From IMG/VR virus record IMGVR_UViG_3300025782_000004: a DNA stretch of 64,000 nt; one strand, given 5' to 3'. Made by a program: the position numbers and the translations under genes. Shown piece by piece: positions 18,199-26,844 of the stretch. Within the stretch, counting starts at the first letter, position 1; the number at the start of each line of letters is the position of its first letter. Source of the stretch: an uncultured virus (IMG/VR IMGVR_UViG_3300025782_000004) (lineage: Duplodnaviria > Heunggongvirae > Uroviricota > Caudoviricetes). The notes under the pieces are model-generated. The model was not told the DNA's origin. It saw only the letters and a list, made by a program, of their open reading frames with translations, and did no database searches.

Positions 18199-18984
18199 TT
18201 GTAACGCAATATTGTCAAAGAATTCTTTTTTGGTAGCAGGATCTTTAAGGAATGCTCCGCGAAGAACAGTAGTTTGAGTCAAAGAGCTGTGTGCCATTAT
18301 GCCCCTATTGGTGCAACAACCATGTTCACATTCTATATATACACCAATGTTATCGGAATCAGTGGCCTTGCTTATTTCACGTGCTATATCGTTACATAGC
18401 TCTTCTTGTAAAGTACCACGGCGAGCACACCATTGAGCAATGCGAGTATACTTGCTAAGACCAATAAGTTTGTTTGCGGCAATGATCCCAATATAAGCCA
18501 CTCCACTAACTGGCTGATGATGATGGCTACACATACTACGAAGTTCAGAGCGTACAACCAACATACCCTCGTATCTATCTTCACTGTCGTTTGGAAACGC
18601 TGTGGCGTCTGGTCTTGGTGCATATCTACCTTCCATAATTTCATTAAAATACATCTTGGCCAAGCGACGTGCTGTGCCTTGGCTATTTGGATCAGTTTCT
18701 CGATCGATTAATAGGGTATCTAGCACTTGCTCAAACGCTTCTGTAGCTTCATTAATAAGAATTTCTTTATCGCTTTCGCTTACATAATCACTGATATTGT
18801 CTCCAGCCCAGAAACGTTTCTTGTCACGCTTCATATTGAAACGGATAGCATCAGCAAGATTTGCTTCTTCATATCCTTTGTCGCTCATATTCATTGCGGC
18901 ATCTTCATATCCAGGATGATATGGTGCTTCTTGTACTAGTAAATCTGCTATTTTTTGTTCTTCTGGTGATGCGTAGTTAGGCAT
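18181..18984 (-). CDS. folE: GTP cyclohydrolase I
   Basis: SMCSHH, GLSKY.R, LQEEL and EHGCC..RG motifs; start MPNYAS with GGAG SD. Confidence 0.93.
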   Translation of the reverse strand: MPNYASPEEQKIADLLVQEAPYHPGYEDAAMNMSDKGYEEANLADAIRFNMKRDKKRFWAGDNISDYVSESDKEILINEATEAFEQVLDTLLIDRETDPNSQGTARRLAKMYFNEIMEGRYAPRPDATAFPNDSEDRYEGMLVVRSELRSMCSHHHQPVSGVAYIGIIAANKLIGLSKYTRIAQWCARRGTLQEELCNDIAREISKATDSDNIGVYIECEHGCCTNRGIMAHSSLTQTTVLRGAFLKDPATKKEFFDNIALQSRNGK

Positions 18985-19024
18985 TCGTTTCTCCGAGTTA
19001 GTGTCGTGGATGACTTTATTGTAT

Positions 19025-19053
19025 ATTATAAGGTATTTAGATCTGTGTGTCAA
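19025..19053 (-). promoter_or_regulatory. Consensus sigma70 promoter for folE, with a TAAATA late motif in the spacer
   Basis: TTGACA-N17-TATAAT. Confidence 0.8.
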
Positions 19054-19094
19054 ATATAATTAAATTTATTTGTCCATTAACGGTTAAATACAGA

Positions 19095-20174
19095 ATGAAA
19101 CGAGCTGTACTCTGCGTACCCAATCCACAAGACTATATTGATCAATGCAACAATTATAGCATCATGATCATTAATCCTCAAGCACCTGTTGCTCGAAATC
19201 AATACCTATTGGCCAAAAGCGACTACAGTCTATTGATCACAGAACATGGTGTGGAAGAACGTGACGGGCAAGACTACCCAAATGAACGTTTACTTTGGTA
19301 TACTAGCGGAACTACAGGTGACAGTAAATTTTGCAGTTTTAGTCAGGAACAATTAGACATACTGGCACGTAAAATCTGCAACACTTATCAAATTACAGCC
19401 AATGATCGATATGTGAGTATTATGAGTCTATGGCACGCACACGGACAGGGCTTTTACTGGGCTACCCGACTAGCTGGTTGTGAAACTCATTTTTTATCAG
19501 TTGCAAATATTCGGCACATGCCAGAATTTGATCCCACATTTGTTACTGCTATACCCGATGTACTAAAGACTATTGGACAGTTTGATTTTAAAAGCCTACG
19601 TTTCCTACGTGGTGCTAGTTCAGCTCTTCCTAATCAATTGTATCTTGATCTAAAACACAAATTTGGGGTTCCTGTAATAGAAGCATTTGGCATGACCGAA
19701 GCACTGAGTCACTGTTTTACTAACCCTTTAGATGGAGAACAGCGCATAGGTACTGTGGGACTACCAGATGGCATAGAAGCTGATATAGTCGAAGGACGTT
19801 TATATATTAGTGGCGCTACTGTTTTTACTGATGGTTGGTACGATACCGGAGATCTAGCTGATAGAGATGAACAAGGCTACTATCGTATACTAGGACGGCA
19901 TCGTGATCAAATCAATGTTCGCGGGATTAAAGTAAATCCTATTAGTATTGAAAATCAATTAGTACACTCAATTCCAACTATAGGTGACTGTGCAGTATTT
20001 GGCAGTGACAGTTTAAAGTGTATCTATACAGGAGATACTGATCCCGAGGTAGTTAGAAAATTTTTGATCAGTTTAGGACAACAATGCAAACCCATGCTAC
20101 TACAACACGTGGCTCAAATACCAGTTAGTCCTTCGGGGAAGATTTCAAGGACTTGGCTCAATGGCCAATATTAA
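19095..20174 (+). CDS. Adenylate-forming (acyl-CoA synthetase-like) enzyme
   Basis: YTSGTTGDSK, EAFGMTE, YDTGD, GR..D.I...G and SGKI motifs. Confidence 0.85.
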   Translation: MKRAVLCVPNPQDYIDQCNNYSIMIINPQAPVARNQYLLAKSDYSLLITEHGVEERDGQDYPNERLLWYTSGTTGDSKFCSFSQEQLDILARKICNTYQITANDRYVSIMSLWHAHGQGFYWATRLAGCETHFLSVANIRHMPEFDPTFVTAIPDVLKTIGQFDFKSLRFLRGASSALPNQLYLDLKHKFGVPVIEAFGMTEALSHCFTNPLDGEQRIGTVGLPDGIEADIVEGRLYISGATVFTDGWYDTGDLADRDEQGYYRILGRHRDQINVRGIKVNPISIENQLVHSIPTIGDCAVFGSDSLKCIYTGDTDPEVVRKFLISLGQQCKPMLLQHVAQIPVSPSGKISRTWLNGQY

Positions 20175-20739
20175 GTAGTCTTAGATCGGGATACGGGTAG
20201 GCTTTTGGCGATTCTGCTACCTGTGGTAGTCGTTCTAAACCTAGTTGACAAGTTTCTAAAGTAGGACAATAGTGGTAACCTTGACTGAATGTCTTTTGAT
20301 CTTGCCAAGGAGTGATACGTAAATCTCTACCATCACTACGCATACGACTCAATGCTTCATACGCAGTCGAATCATCTAATAGTATAGCACCAGCTTTGCC
20401 TAGCTCTAGAGGTTTACCGTGACCAAAGCTCAGACATTGCATAGCACCCGGCCGATACATACCACGTTCTAGTCTACGGGCACTATCCCAGATGTTGGTT
20501 TTATAAAATTCATATTCACCCGTCCATTCGTCATCTGTTAGGCGATAATGAATGTTTAATTGATTCAACAGTTGGGGAATACTAAGATATGTCTGTGCGG
20601 GGAATTGGCAGTATCTGACTCGACGGTATCTAAAACACAGTTCAAGAGCATGAGTGCAACCATCAGTTGCCACTGCATAGGGAGCACCGGTATATTCAGC
20701 TAGTGCAGATTCAAAGTCGAATAGTGTTTGGAAACTCAT
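20158..20739 (-). CDS. Short DegT/DnrJ-like PLP aminotransferase
   Basis: FE..LA.YTGAPYAVAT, DSA and SFGHGKPL..G..GAI motifs. Confidence 0.75.
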   Translation of the reverse strand: MSFQTLFDFESALAEYTGAPYAVATDGCTHALELCFRYRRVRYCQFPAQTYLSIPQLLNQLNIHYRLTDDEWTGEYEFYKTNIWDSARRLERGMYRPGAMQCLSFGHGKPLELGKAGAILLDDSTAYEALSRMRSDGRDLRITPWQDQKTFSQGYHYCPTLETCQLGLERLPQVAESPKAYPYPDLRLLNIGH

Positions 20740-21095
20740 TCTGATAGGTGATCTTTTTTGATTTCACGTACTGAGCACCCTAGTTTTTCTGCTATTAGAT
20801 TTTTAAGTGCCACACGACGATTATTATGATCACGGATACTAATAGCACGACGTCCAATTTCTTCTAGACTTAATTCAGCTTCTCGACCAGTTTTAAGTTC
20901 TGCTTCTAAATCCCAAATCTCATGGTGTATTTGTTTGAGTTGCTCGTATTCATCTACGATAAGACTAATGTCAATACGTAAGGCTTGATTCATGTACCAT
21001 AACAATTCTTCTTCATTGGCTTTAGTACGTTTAAATTTTACTTCTGCAATAGCTAGTCTATCAACTAGTTCGATAATAGGAAATACGGGGGTCAT
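20736..21095 (-). CDS. Hypothetical coiled-coil protein
   Basis: ELVDRLAI...IWDLE...N.RR..K pattern. Confidence 0.7.
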   Translation of the reverse strand: MTPVFPIIELVDRLAIAEVKFKRTKANEEELLWYMNQALRIDISLIVDEYEQLKQIHHEIWDLEAELKTGREAELSLEEIGRRAISIRDHNNRRVALKNLIAEKLGCSVREIKKDHLSE

Positions 21096-21098
21096 TGG

Positions 21099-21308
21099 TT
21101 ATTGATCGTTTTCTGGCTGTCCGCCTGTACAAGATCCGCCTTCAAACCAAAGCCCTTGGGCTTCTTTTTGATATTGTGCTAGATCATATTCGTCTTTTTT
21201 ACGCTTATACTCATCTTCAGTGAGAGCATGCCACCCACAGCACTTACCTATTGGGCTACGGCCGCAACCACAGCCACCAAAATTATCGTTACTTGTTCTT
21301 ACTTGCAT
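21099..21308 (-). CDS. CDGSH-type Fe-S/zinc-finger-like protein
   Basis: CGCGRS....CCGWH resembles the C-x-C-x2-S...CDGSH pattern. Confidence 0.55.
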   Translation of the reverse strand: MQVRTSNDNFGGCGCGRSPIGKCCGWHALTEDEYKRKKDEYDLAQYQKEAQGLWFEGGSCTGGQPENDQ

Positions 21309-21501
21309 TTTTTAATTTCCAAATGGTTTCTTTAGCTTCTTGCAAATCTGTAAAAAGACTATCGTTTAGATTTTTAGCAACAGCTAGTTCTTCTCGAAGT
21401 TTTTGTTCACTATCTGTAATTTTTGGAGTTTCATTTTTGTCACTAACTCTACCAGCAACAAACCCGCAAAAAAGTGCAACAACAAATAATAATACGCTCA
21501 T
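21289..21501 (-). CDS. Small membrane-anchored coiled-coil protein
   Basis: Hydrophobic N-terminus; ATGA overlap. Confidence 0.55.
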   Translation of the reverse strand: MSVLLFVVALFCGFVAGRVSDKNETPKITDSEQKLREELAVAKNLNDSLFTDLQEAKETIWKLKNASKNK

Positions 21502-21701
21502 TGAGGTTTCTCCTTTAATCCTCGCCATTTTTCAATTTTTATTACTGTTTCCCAGCCCTTTTTCTTGGACCAAGTTTCTCTGTGCGGCCAAGGCCAATGT
21601 GCAGTCATTACATCATACTCGCCTTCGTTGACTGGATCGACGTCGCCAGGAAACCAATCGGTTAATAAGGATTCAAGATCTTCGGTGGTAAAGGTTGTCA
21701 C
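21498..21701 (-). CDS. Hypothetical protein
   Basis: Trp-rich small ORF; GAGG SD. Confidence 0.55.
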   Translation of the reverse strand: MTTFTTEDLESLLTDWFPGDVDPVNEGEYDVMTAHWPWPHRETWSKKKGWETVIKIEKWRGLKEKPQ

Positions 21702-21702
21702 A

Positions 21703-22908
21703 TTAATCCTCTAACTGAATAAATTCTTGTCTAAGTTCTTCCAGTGCGGCATTCATACCAGCAATAAACTCTTGTTTTTCGGTCTGGGTAATACAATATT
21801 TCTCACGATTGGCCTGACCTTCTTTGGTGTCTGGATCGTAATCAATAAATGAGAACTCGGTGCCATCACAATCAGGGCAATGATCGTTATAATCGTCATC
21901 GGTCCTGCGTTCCTCACTCATACCTGTCCACCCACACTTTTTGTTGTCGCAGATGAGATCTGGCGGCTCAGGTGGTTGGTTGGCCCAGTTGCTAGTGTCC
22001 CAGTTGTATCCAGACCAGCGATCCACACTGGTGATAGGGTTGAACTTGCCAAATTCCCATTCACCAAAGTTGTTGCCATCCCAGTATAGGCTACCATGGG
22101 TAGTACCAAAATGACTCCATACAGCATTGTAATATCCTGGATATACCGGCTTGTGTTTGGCAAACTTAAAGGTGACAGACCTTTCCCAACTGGCCGGACT
22201 GGTGCCGTATTCTGGATGTCCCCAATCCTTCTCTCCGGGTTCATAGCGTTCAAAGTTGCCTTCGTCGTCAATCATCCGTACCATATTAAACTCACTGCTC
22301 TTGCCGTCGGTTGAGCCGCCCCAATTGTCGATGTCTTCGCCATCATAGCTGATACCATGTACAATCTCTTCGTCGTCAAAGTCGGAAATATGTAAGGTTA
22401 ATTTTTCAATATCAAATGGTGCTGTAAGTTCTAGTTCAGCTTCAAAGAATGTACCTTTTTCGTTTGAACTTCCTACAAACACAACTTCGCCTTTTTTGCG
22501 ACTTCCAATCCAAACTTCATCATCGGTGTCGAGCTGTGCGCTATCATCACAGCCATCAAACTCTTCCAGACTTTTCTCAAGTACTGTATCACCGTTCTCA
22601 TCTTCAATCTGTAAGGTGCCAGCATCACGACTAACACCGTGAACATGACCCATGCTGTCGCATTCGTACCACGATCCTGGGTAGAACGGCAACTGGTCAG
22701 GATCAAGACCCATGTTTTCAGCGGCATCACTATCCCAAGCCAAATCGCTGAGATCTACTTGATGTTCCATGCAGTAATCCCATACCTTGGGATCCACTGT
22801 GCCCATGACCTTTTCGCCACCGTAGCCCCACATAGAGATTTTATAAGTACGTGGTGTAAATTTAAGAACTTCAATTAGTTGTTCTGCTGTGATATCTTTA
22901 GTTGCCAT
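21703..22908 (-). CDS. Acidic hypothetical protein with C-terminal zinc ribbon
   Basis: CDNKKC...CPDC near the C-terminus. Confidence 0.7.
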   Translation of the reverse strand: MATKDITAEQLIEVLKFTPRTYKISMWGYGGEKVMGTVDPKVWDYCMEHQVDLSDLAWDSDAAENMGLDPDQLPFYPGSWYECDSMGHVHGVSRDAGTLQIEDENGDTVLEKSLEEFDGCDDSAQLDTDDEVWIGSRKKGEVVFVGSSNEKGTFFEAELELTAPFDIEKLTLHISDFDDEEIVHGISYDGEDIDNWGGSTDGKSSEFNMVRMIDDEGNFERYEPGEKDWGHPEYGTSPASWERSVTFKFAKHKPVYPGYYNAVWSHFGTTHGSLYWDGNNFGEWEFGKFNPITSVDRWSGYNWDTSNWANQPPEPPDLICDNKKCGWTGMSEERRTDDDYNDHCPDCDGTEFSFIDYDPDTKEGQANREKYCITQTEKQEFIAGMNAALEELRQEFIQLED

Positions 22909-22913
22909 TTTTT

Positions 22914-23162
22914 TTACCTATTTAGAGTTGACCAAGTGAGCCATTCCTTAAAAGCATTATACACTTCTTTGACTTCTTTGTCATCCTGTTCGAGTTTCAC
23001 GCCACGTACATAAAAGCCATCTTCGGCTACACGTAGCATTTCGGTTTCTCCTGAACATAGAGTAATATCGTTTTTTGGAGAAGTGAATACAACAGGCTTG
23101 GTATTAACGGCATTAGCCTTAACCATATTTTGATACCAAACCGGGTCAGTATTTACGCTCAT
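22914..23162 (-). CDS. Hypothetical protein
   Basis: ORF in an operon. Confidence 0.6.
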   Translation of the reverse strand: MSVNTDPVWYQNMVKANAVNTKPVVFTSPKNDITLCSGETEMLRVAEDGFYVRGVKLEQDDKEVKEVYNAFKEWLTWSTLNR

Positions 23163-23165
23163 ATG

Positions 23166-24263
23166 TTATTTTCCGAGATTAATTAATAACTTGTCGGCAC
23201 TAAAGAACTCTTGAGTCAACATGTCTGTTTGTTTTTGTAAAATTGGTAGTAGCACATCGTATTCTTCCATATACTGTTTAATTTTATTGCAAAGGAAGGG
23301 TTTGTACACTTCATAAGAACTATAGCTGTCAGTCCATTCTGAAGGATATTTAAATGCATCAAGAGCCATTTCTTGATAGCTCAAACGATCAGGAACCAAT
23401 GGAATAGCATCGACTAAACAGCCTTCATACCAACTAATACCTAGGGTTTCTTGAAGATTAGCTGAAAATACTATTTTTGCTTGACCCAATAAGGTATGAT
23501 ATTGATCTTTGGTTAGCGTTTGGTCTTGACAAACAACAAATTCATATTGCGGTAAGTCACGTGCTAGGTCTCTAAAAATTTCTACTTGTTTTTCTGGAGC
23601 AATACGGTGTGGGAAAAGGATGAGATCTCGTTTGGCAATTCCCTTGTATGGAGCAAGCGTGTCCTGCATATACTCCATAGGCCAGCCTGAACGCACAATC
23701 TTTTTGTTCATGAATAGTGATGCTTTATCTTCACTAGCCCAAGGATTTTCGCTTTTAACCCCATTCTCTAACAGGTTATCAACAAACATATTGATGTGAA
23801 AGTCAGTAGCAAAATAGTTGTGATCAAACGAGTGAAAGAAACTCTTTTCAGCATGTCTAACCCAAGGTGCATCGCCAATCAATCTACCTAAGAAATCTTG
23901 AGGATCATATGAGCCAGCATGCCATAGTCCGTGTGTAGTCACTAGAATGTTCAGCAACTCACTCATGTATTTTAAGTTGATGATACCAGGATGCCAAGCA
24001 TCAGTAAAGATAAAATGATCGCCAGACTGAACTGCTCCGGCACAAAATAGACGACCCAACTGTTCCACTTGGTTAGCTTTGTATATATTAGTACCACCAA
24101 AGTTAAGGAAAGCACCAGGGGTAGTGGCACTGGGAATGTCTGTAGGTCCTGCAATAACTTGAACATCATGTCCTGCCTTTCGTAGAAGATCGGGTACATG
24201 GCTCTTCCACTGGCCAGTGTACCTAGTTTCAACACTTTCTAAATCAATTAAAAATACTGTCAT
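23166..24263 (-). CDS. GT-B glycosyltransferase near the deazaguanine genes
   Basis: HRIAPEKQ and ETLGISWYEG...P GT4-like signature. Confidence 0.8.
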   Translation of the reverse strand: MTVFLIDLESVETRYTGQWKSHVPDLLRKAGHDVQVIAGPTDIPSATTPGAFLNFGGTNIYKANQVEQLGRLFCAGAVQSGDHFIFTDAWHPGIINLKYMSELLNILVTTHGLWHAGSYDPQDFLGRLIGDAPWVRHAEKSFFHSFDHNYFATDFHINMFVDNLLENGVKSENPWASEDKASLFMNKKIVRSGWPMEYMQDTLAPYKGIAKRDLILFPHRIAPEKQVEIFRDLARDLPQYEFVVCQDQTLTKDQYHTLLGQAKIVFSANLQETLGISWYEGCLVDAIPLVPDRLSYQEMALDAFKYPSEWTDSYSSYEVYKPFLCNKIKQYMEEYDVLLPILQKQTDMLTQEFFSADKLLINLGK

Positions 24264-24712
24264 TTTCCAATAGTAATAGTTGCTGGATTTAGTGTACTAT
24301 CGTTTTCAACATCTGTCAAATTAAATGTAGTACTAGAGCTAGTGTATGGTCCAGATGGGATAGTGCCCCACGGACTACCTGGATTAGCATATGGGCTATA
24401 GGGACTGCCCGGACCTGGCATGTATGGATTTACTGTGGGAGGTATGTAAGAATTTCTCTGTCTAACTTCATTCTCCACATTTGCCAGTCTGGAACGAATG
24501 CTCTTTAAATCTTCCTGCATTTGACGTAGTGGACCGTGACTGGTTTCTACTGCCATACGTCCATCGTCTTGTGGGCGTGTTAGCTCAATAATAGTTAGCA
24601 ATCCACGTAAGGCACTTTGTACACGTTCGTCCTTGCTGGTCATTGCTTCATCTAAATACGCAAACATGCGTTCTATTTCATAATCTGCTTGGGTTTTCTC
24701 TCGCATACTCAT
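24260..24712 (-). CDS. Hypothetical protein
   Basis: Coiled coil and Pro-rich tail. Confidence 0.65.
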   Translation of the reverse strand: MSMREKTQADYEIERMFAYLDEAMTSKDERVQSALRGLLTIIELTRPQDDGRMAVETSHGPLRQMQEDLKSIRSRLANVENEVRQRNSYIPPTVNPYMPGPGSPYSPYANPGSPWGTIPSGPYTSSSTTFNLTDVENDSTLNPATITIGK

Positions 24713-24845
24713 GTGTTACTCTTTGTAAATTTGGAATAAACTTTGAAATGGAATACTGTAAACAGAAAATCTAATAGCACTGGTTAGTGTGCTAAAAGAT
24801 TTTCTAATTTTGCGACCACTTGAAATGTAGTAGCTGACTGTATAA

Positions 24846-25109
24846 TTAGTCACGTGGTTTCCAACTAGTATCGCGAGGTTTAAAATCCTTGCGATCACGT
24901 TTAGGAGTACGCCATTGATCCCAAGGTTCACGACCACGAACCATTTTCATGTATTCGCTATAAGGGCCACGATCCTTATAAAGATCACGTTCGTCATATG
25001 AATAACCATAATCTCGACAGAATTGATGATATACTTCTAAATCATCAAAGATCTGCTTGACTTCGGGTTTCATACGAAGATACTTGGTGAGCCATTCTGG
25101 TTTGGCCAT
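24846..25109 (-). CDS. Hypothetical phage protein
   Basis: AGGAG SD. Confidence 0.7.
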   Translation of the reverse strand: MAKPEWLTKYLRMKPEVKQIFDDLEVYHQFCRDYGYSYDERDLYKDRGPYSEYMKMVRGREPWDQWRTPKRDRKDFKPRDTSWKPRD

Positions 25110-25121
25110 TTTACTACTCCT

Positions 25122-25565
25122 TTAAATTACGATTGATTGAGCAGGACGGGTGAGGTTATAATCAATTGAGCATCCGTTTTCACCGTCCTCGGATACTTCA
25201 ATTGTTACAGCACGATCAGGATAACGTGCAGCAATTTGTACATACAAGTCATCTGCCATCATCTCGCAGGATTTCCAGTCGAGCGCCAGCACACCGTCTT
25301 GATACAGATTAACGAGCCAGCGTTTGAACTGGATGAATTCAATATCTCGGTCGTTGTGGAACACATCGATAGAAACACGGAAATGAAACATATGACGATG
25401 AGGGCTAGCCAAAAACGATACATCATATTCTCCTGCGGTATTCAAGTTGGGGTCTGTGGCTGCCGCTGGATAGCAGTGGATGCCTTCTTTTTCAAACGTG
25501 ACCCAAATCTGTCGTTGGGCCGCGGCCATTATTCTATCTACTACTGCACGTTGTTCTTGATTCAT
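25122..25565 (-). CDS. QueD-like T-fold protein (DpdL-like, candidate CDG decarboxylase)
   Basis: LASPHRHMF, DRDIEF, SCEMMA and VSEDGENG; HRH replaces the QueD CxxxHGH motif. Confidence 0.65.
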   Translation of the reverse strand: MNQEQRAVVDRIMAAAQRQIWVTFEKEGIHCYPAAATDPNLNTAGEYDVSFLASPHRHMFHFRVSIDVFHNDRDIEFIQFKRWLVNLYQDGVLALDWKSCEMMADDLYVQIAARYPDRAVTIEVSEDGENGCSIDYNLTRPAQSIVI

Positions 25566-25566
25566 G

Positions 25567-26145
25567 TTATTCAAAGTCAAAGAGTTTAAGAGAATCTCTC
25601 ATAGAAGAGATGATGAGTATTTGCTTCATTGCTGTATTAGTGATACGATATCTGTAGGAGTTAGGATGATTAAACCCATCAAATACCGCCCACCTGTTAC
25701 TACTAGTAATAGTTTTTGTACGCACACCTGCAACAAGTTGCCGGCGTAAATCTTCATAAGCATCTTTTAGTTTGCTTTGAATTTCTGGTAAGGCCATATC
25801 TACAATTTTTACATCGGCAACTTCTCTAAATACCGGATCCCATGTTACTTGATTTTGATTTTGTACCTTAGGATAAAAACCGGTTTCTTCCCAAACAGGG
25901 GTAGCAATAATATCGGAAATGGTCATCGACCCAACGGTATGATTGGCATTACTGCCTTTCTTACGAGTCTTGTTATCAATGTTATATTCGGGCATGTCGA
26001 CACGACCTTTGGAATCGATTGTGTGACCCTTACGCATCATTTCTGCGTCTACCCATTGTCCTACATCACAGTCATTACGTACTTCCGGTAATGGTGCAAG
26101 TTTTTCAATGTTATCTTTAATAACACTTACTCGGGCTTGTTTCAT
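25567..26145 (-). CDS. Possible PD-(D/E)xK restriction-like nuclease
   Basis: G..VD....D.K.R pattern (VDMPEYNIDNKTRK). Confidence 0.35.
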   Translation of the reverse strand: MKQARVSVIKDNIEKLAPLPEVRNDCDVGQWVDAEMMRKGHTIDSKGRVDMPEYNIDNKTRKKGSNANHTVGSMTISDIIATPVWEETGFYPKVQNQNQVTWDPVFREVADVKIVDMALPEIQSKLKDAYEDLRRQLVAGVRTKTITSSNRWAVFDGFNHPNSYRYRITNTAMKQILIISSMRDSLKLFDFE

Positions 26146-26654
26146 TTGATTACTTCGTCTTTAGTGTACTTCGACCAATCCGTAAATACCTTACGGTCCC
26201 TTAATTCATGTAAACTGTGACACCAAATACCTGGGTTAGTAGCCGCATAGTCTTTGTCATCGAGCTTAATTGTAGCATTATATCCCAGCAGTTGTATATA
26301 GGGCAATTTCACCGAAATCATTGGGATAAAGTTATTGAATTCTGTCAATCGACCACTGGTTATCTGTTCTACGTTAGCAACATCAAAGTCTAAGGTACAT
26401 AACCAACCTGCTTCTAAGCAGTCAGTGATCATCATTTCCCAATCCTGCATTTCATCTGAGTCCATATCCGACTGAGGAAAACTTTGATTAGCACCAAAAT
26501 AAATGTGTGTGCAATTATTGTTTTTAGCTTCTTGCTGAATAATTTGACTGTCTTGAATACCAACCACAAACAGAGTTTGATGCCCAAATGCTGGTGAGTG
26601 TTCAACTTCTGTGCCAGTAAAAAATTCTATTTCATCGTGCCCAGGTCTATCCAT
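26142..26654 (-). CDS. Hypothetical protein in the DpdA operon
   Basis: G.EVEH...TLFVVG...HIYFGANQSF; coupled to its neighbours. Confidence 0.7.
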   Translation of the reverse strand: MDRPGHDEIEFFTGTEVEHSPAFGHQTLFVVGIQDSQIIQQEAKNNNCTHIYFGANQSFPQSDMDSDEMQDWEMMITDCLEAGWLCTLDFDVANVEQITSGRLTEFNNFIPMISVKLPYIQLLGYNATIKLDDKDYAATNPGIWCHSLHELRDRKVFTDWSKYTKDEVIK

Positions 26655-26844
26655 TTGCTTTTTGCTCTCTAAATTCTAATTCAGATTTAAGTTTAACAAT
26701 ATTATCTTTAATATGCAACCTTTGTTGTTTCAATTTATGTAGATGCTCGTCATTAAATTTGCCTGTAGATTCCATGCCATCAATCTTTTTATCGATCTCT
26801 GCGTGTTCTTTTTCTAAATGTGCAATACGTCCTAAGAGTGTCAT
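26647..26844 (-). CDS. YdcH/DUF465-like coiled-coil protein
   Basis: L..EH..ID.KI...LK..RL.IKD pattern. Confidence 0.7.
   Translation of the reverse strand: MTLLGRIAHLEKEHAEIDKKIDGMESTGKFNDEHLHKLKQQRLHIKDNIVKLKSELEFREQKANG

Larger units (their letters stand above)
17020..18273. mobile_element. Homing-endonuclease insertion carrying a replacement folE 3' end and three small ORFs
   Basis: Bounded by duplicated folE C-terminal coding sequence; HNH gene on the opposite strand. Confidence 0.65.

Noticed and set aside
17020..18273. Group I intron in folE
   Set aside because: folE is already complete with its own stop, the HNH gene is antisense, and no P7-type core was recognised. The duplicated C-terminus fits 3'-end replacement better.
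18985..19053. TTG start for folE given in the ORF track
   Set aside because: The TTG is the -35 box of the promoter; the ATG at 18984 has a GGAG SD.
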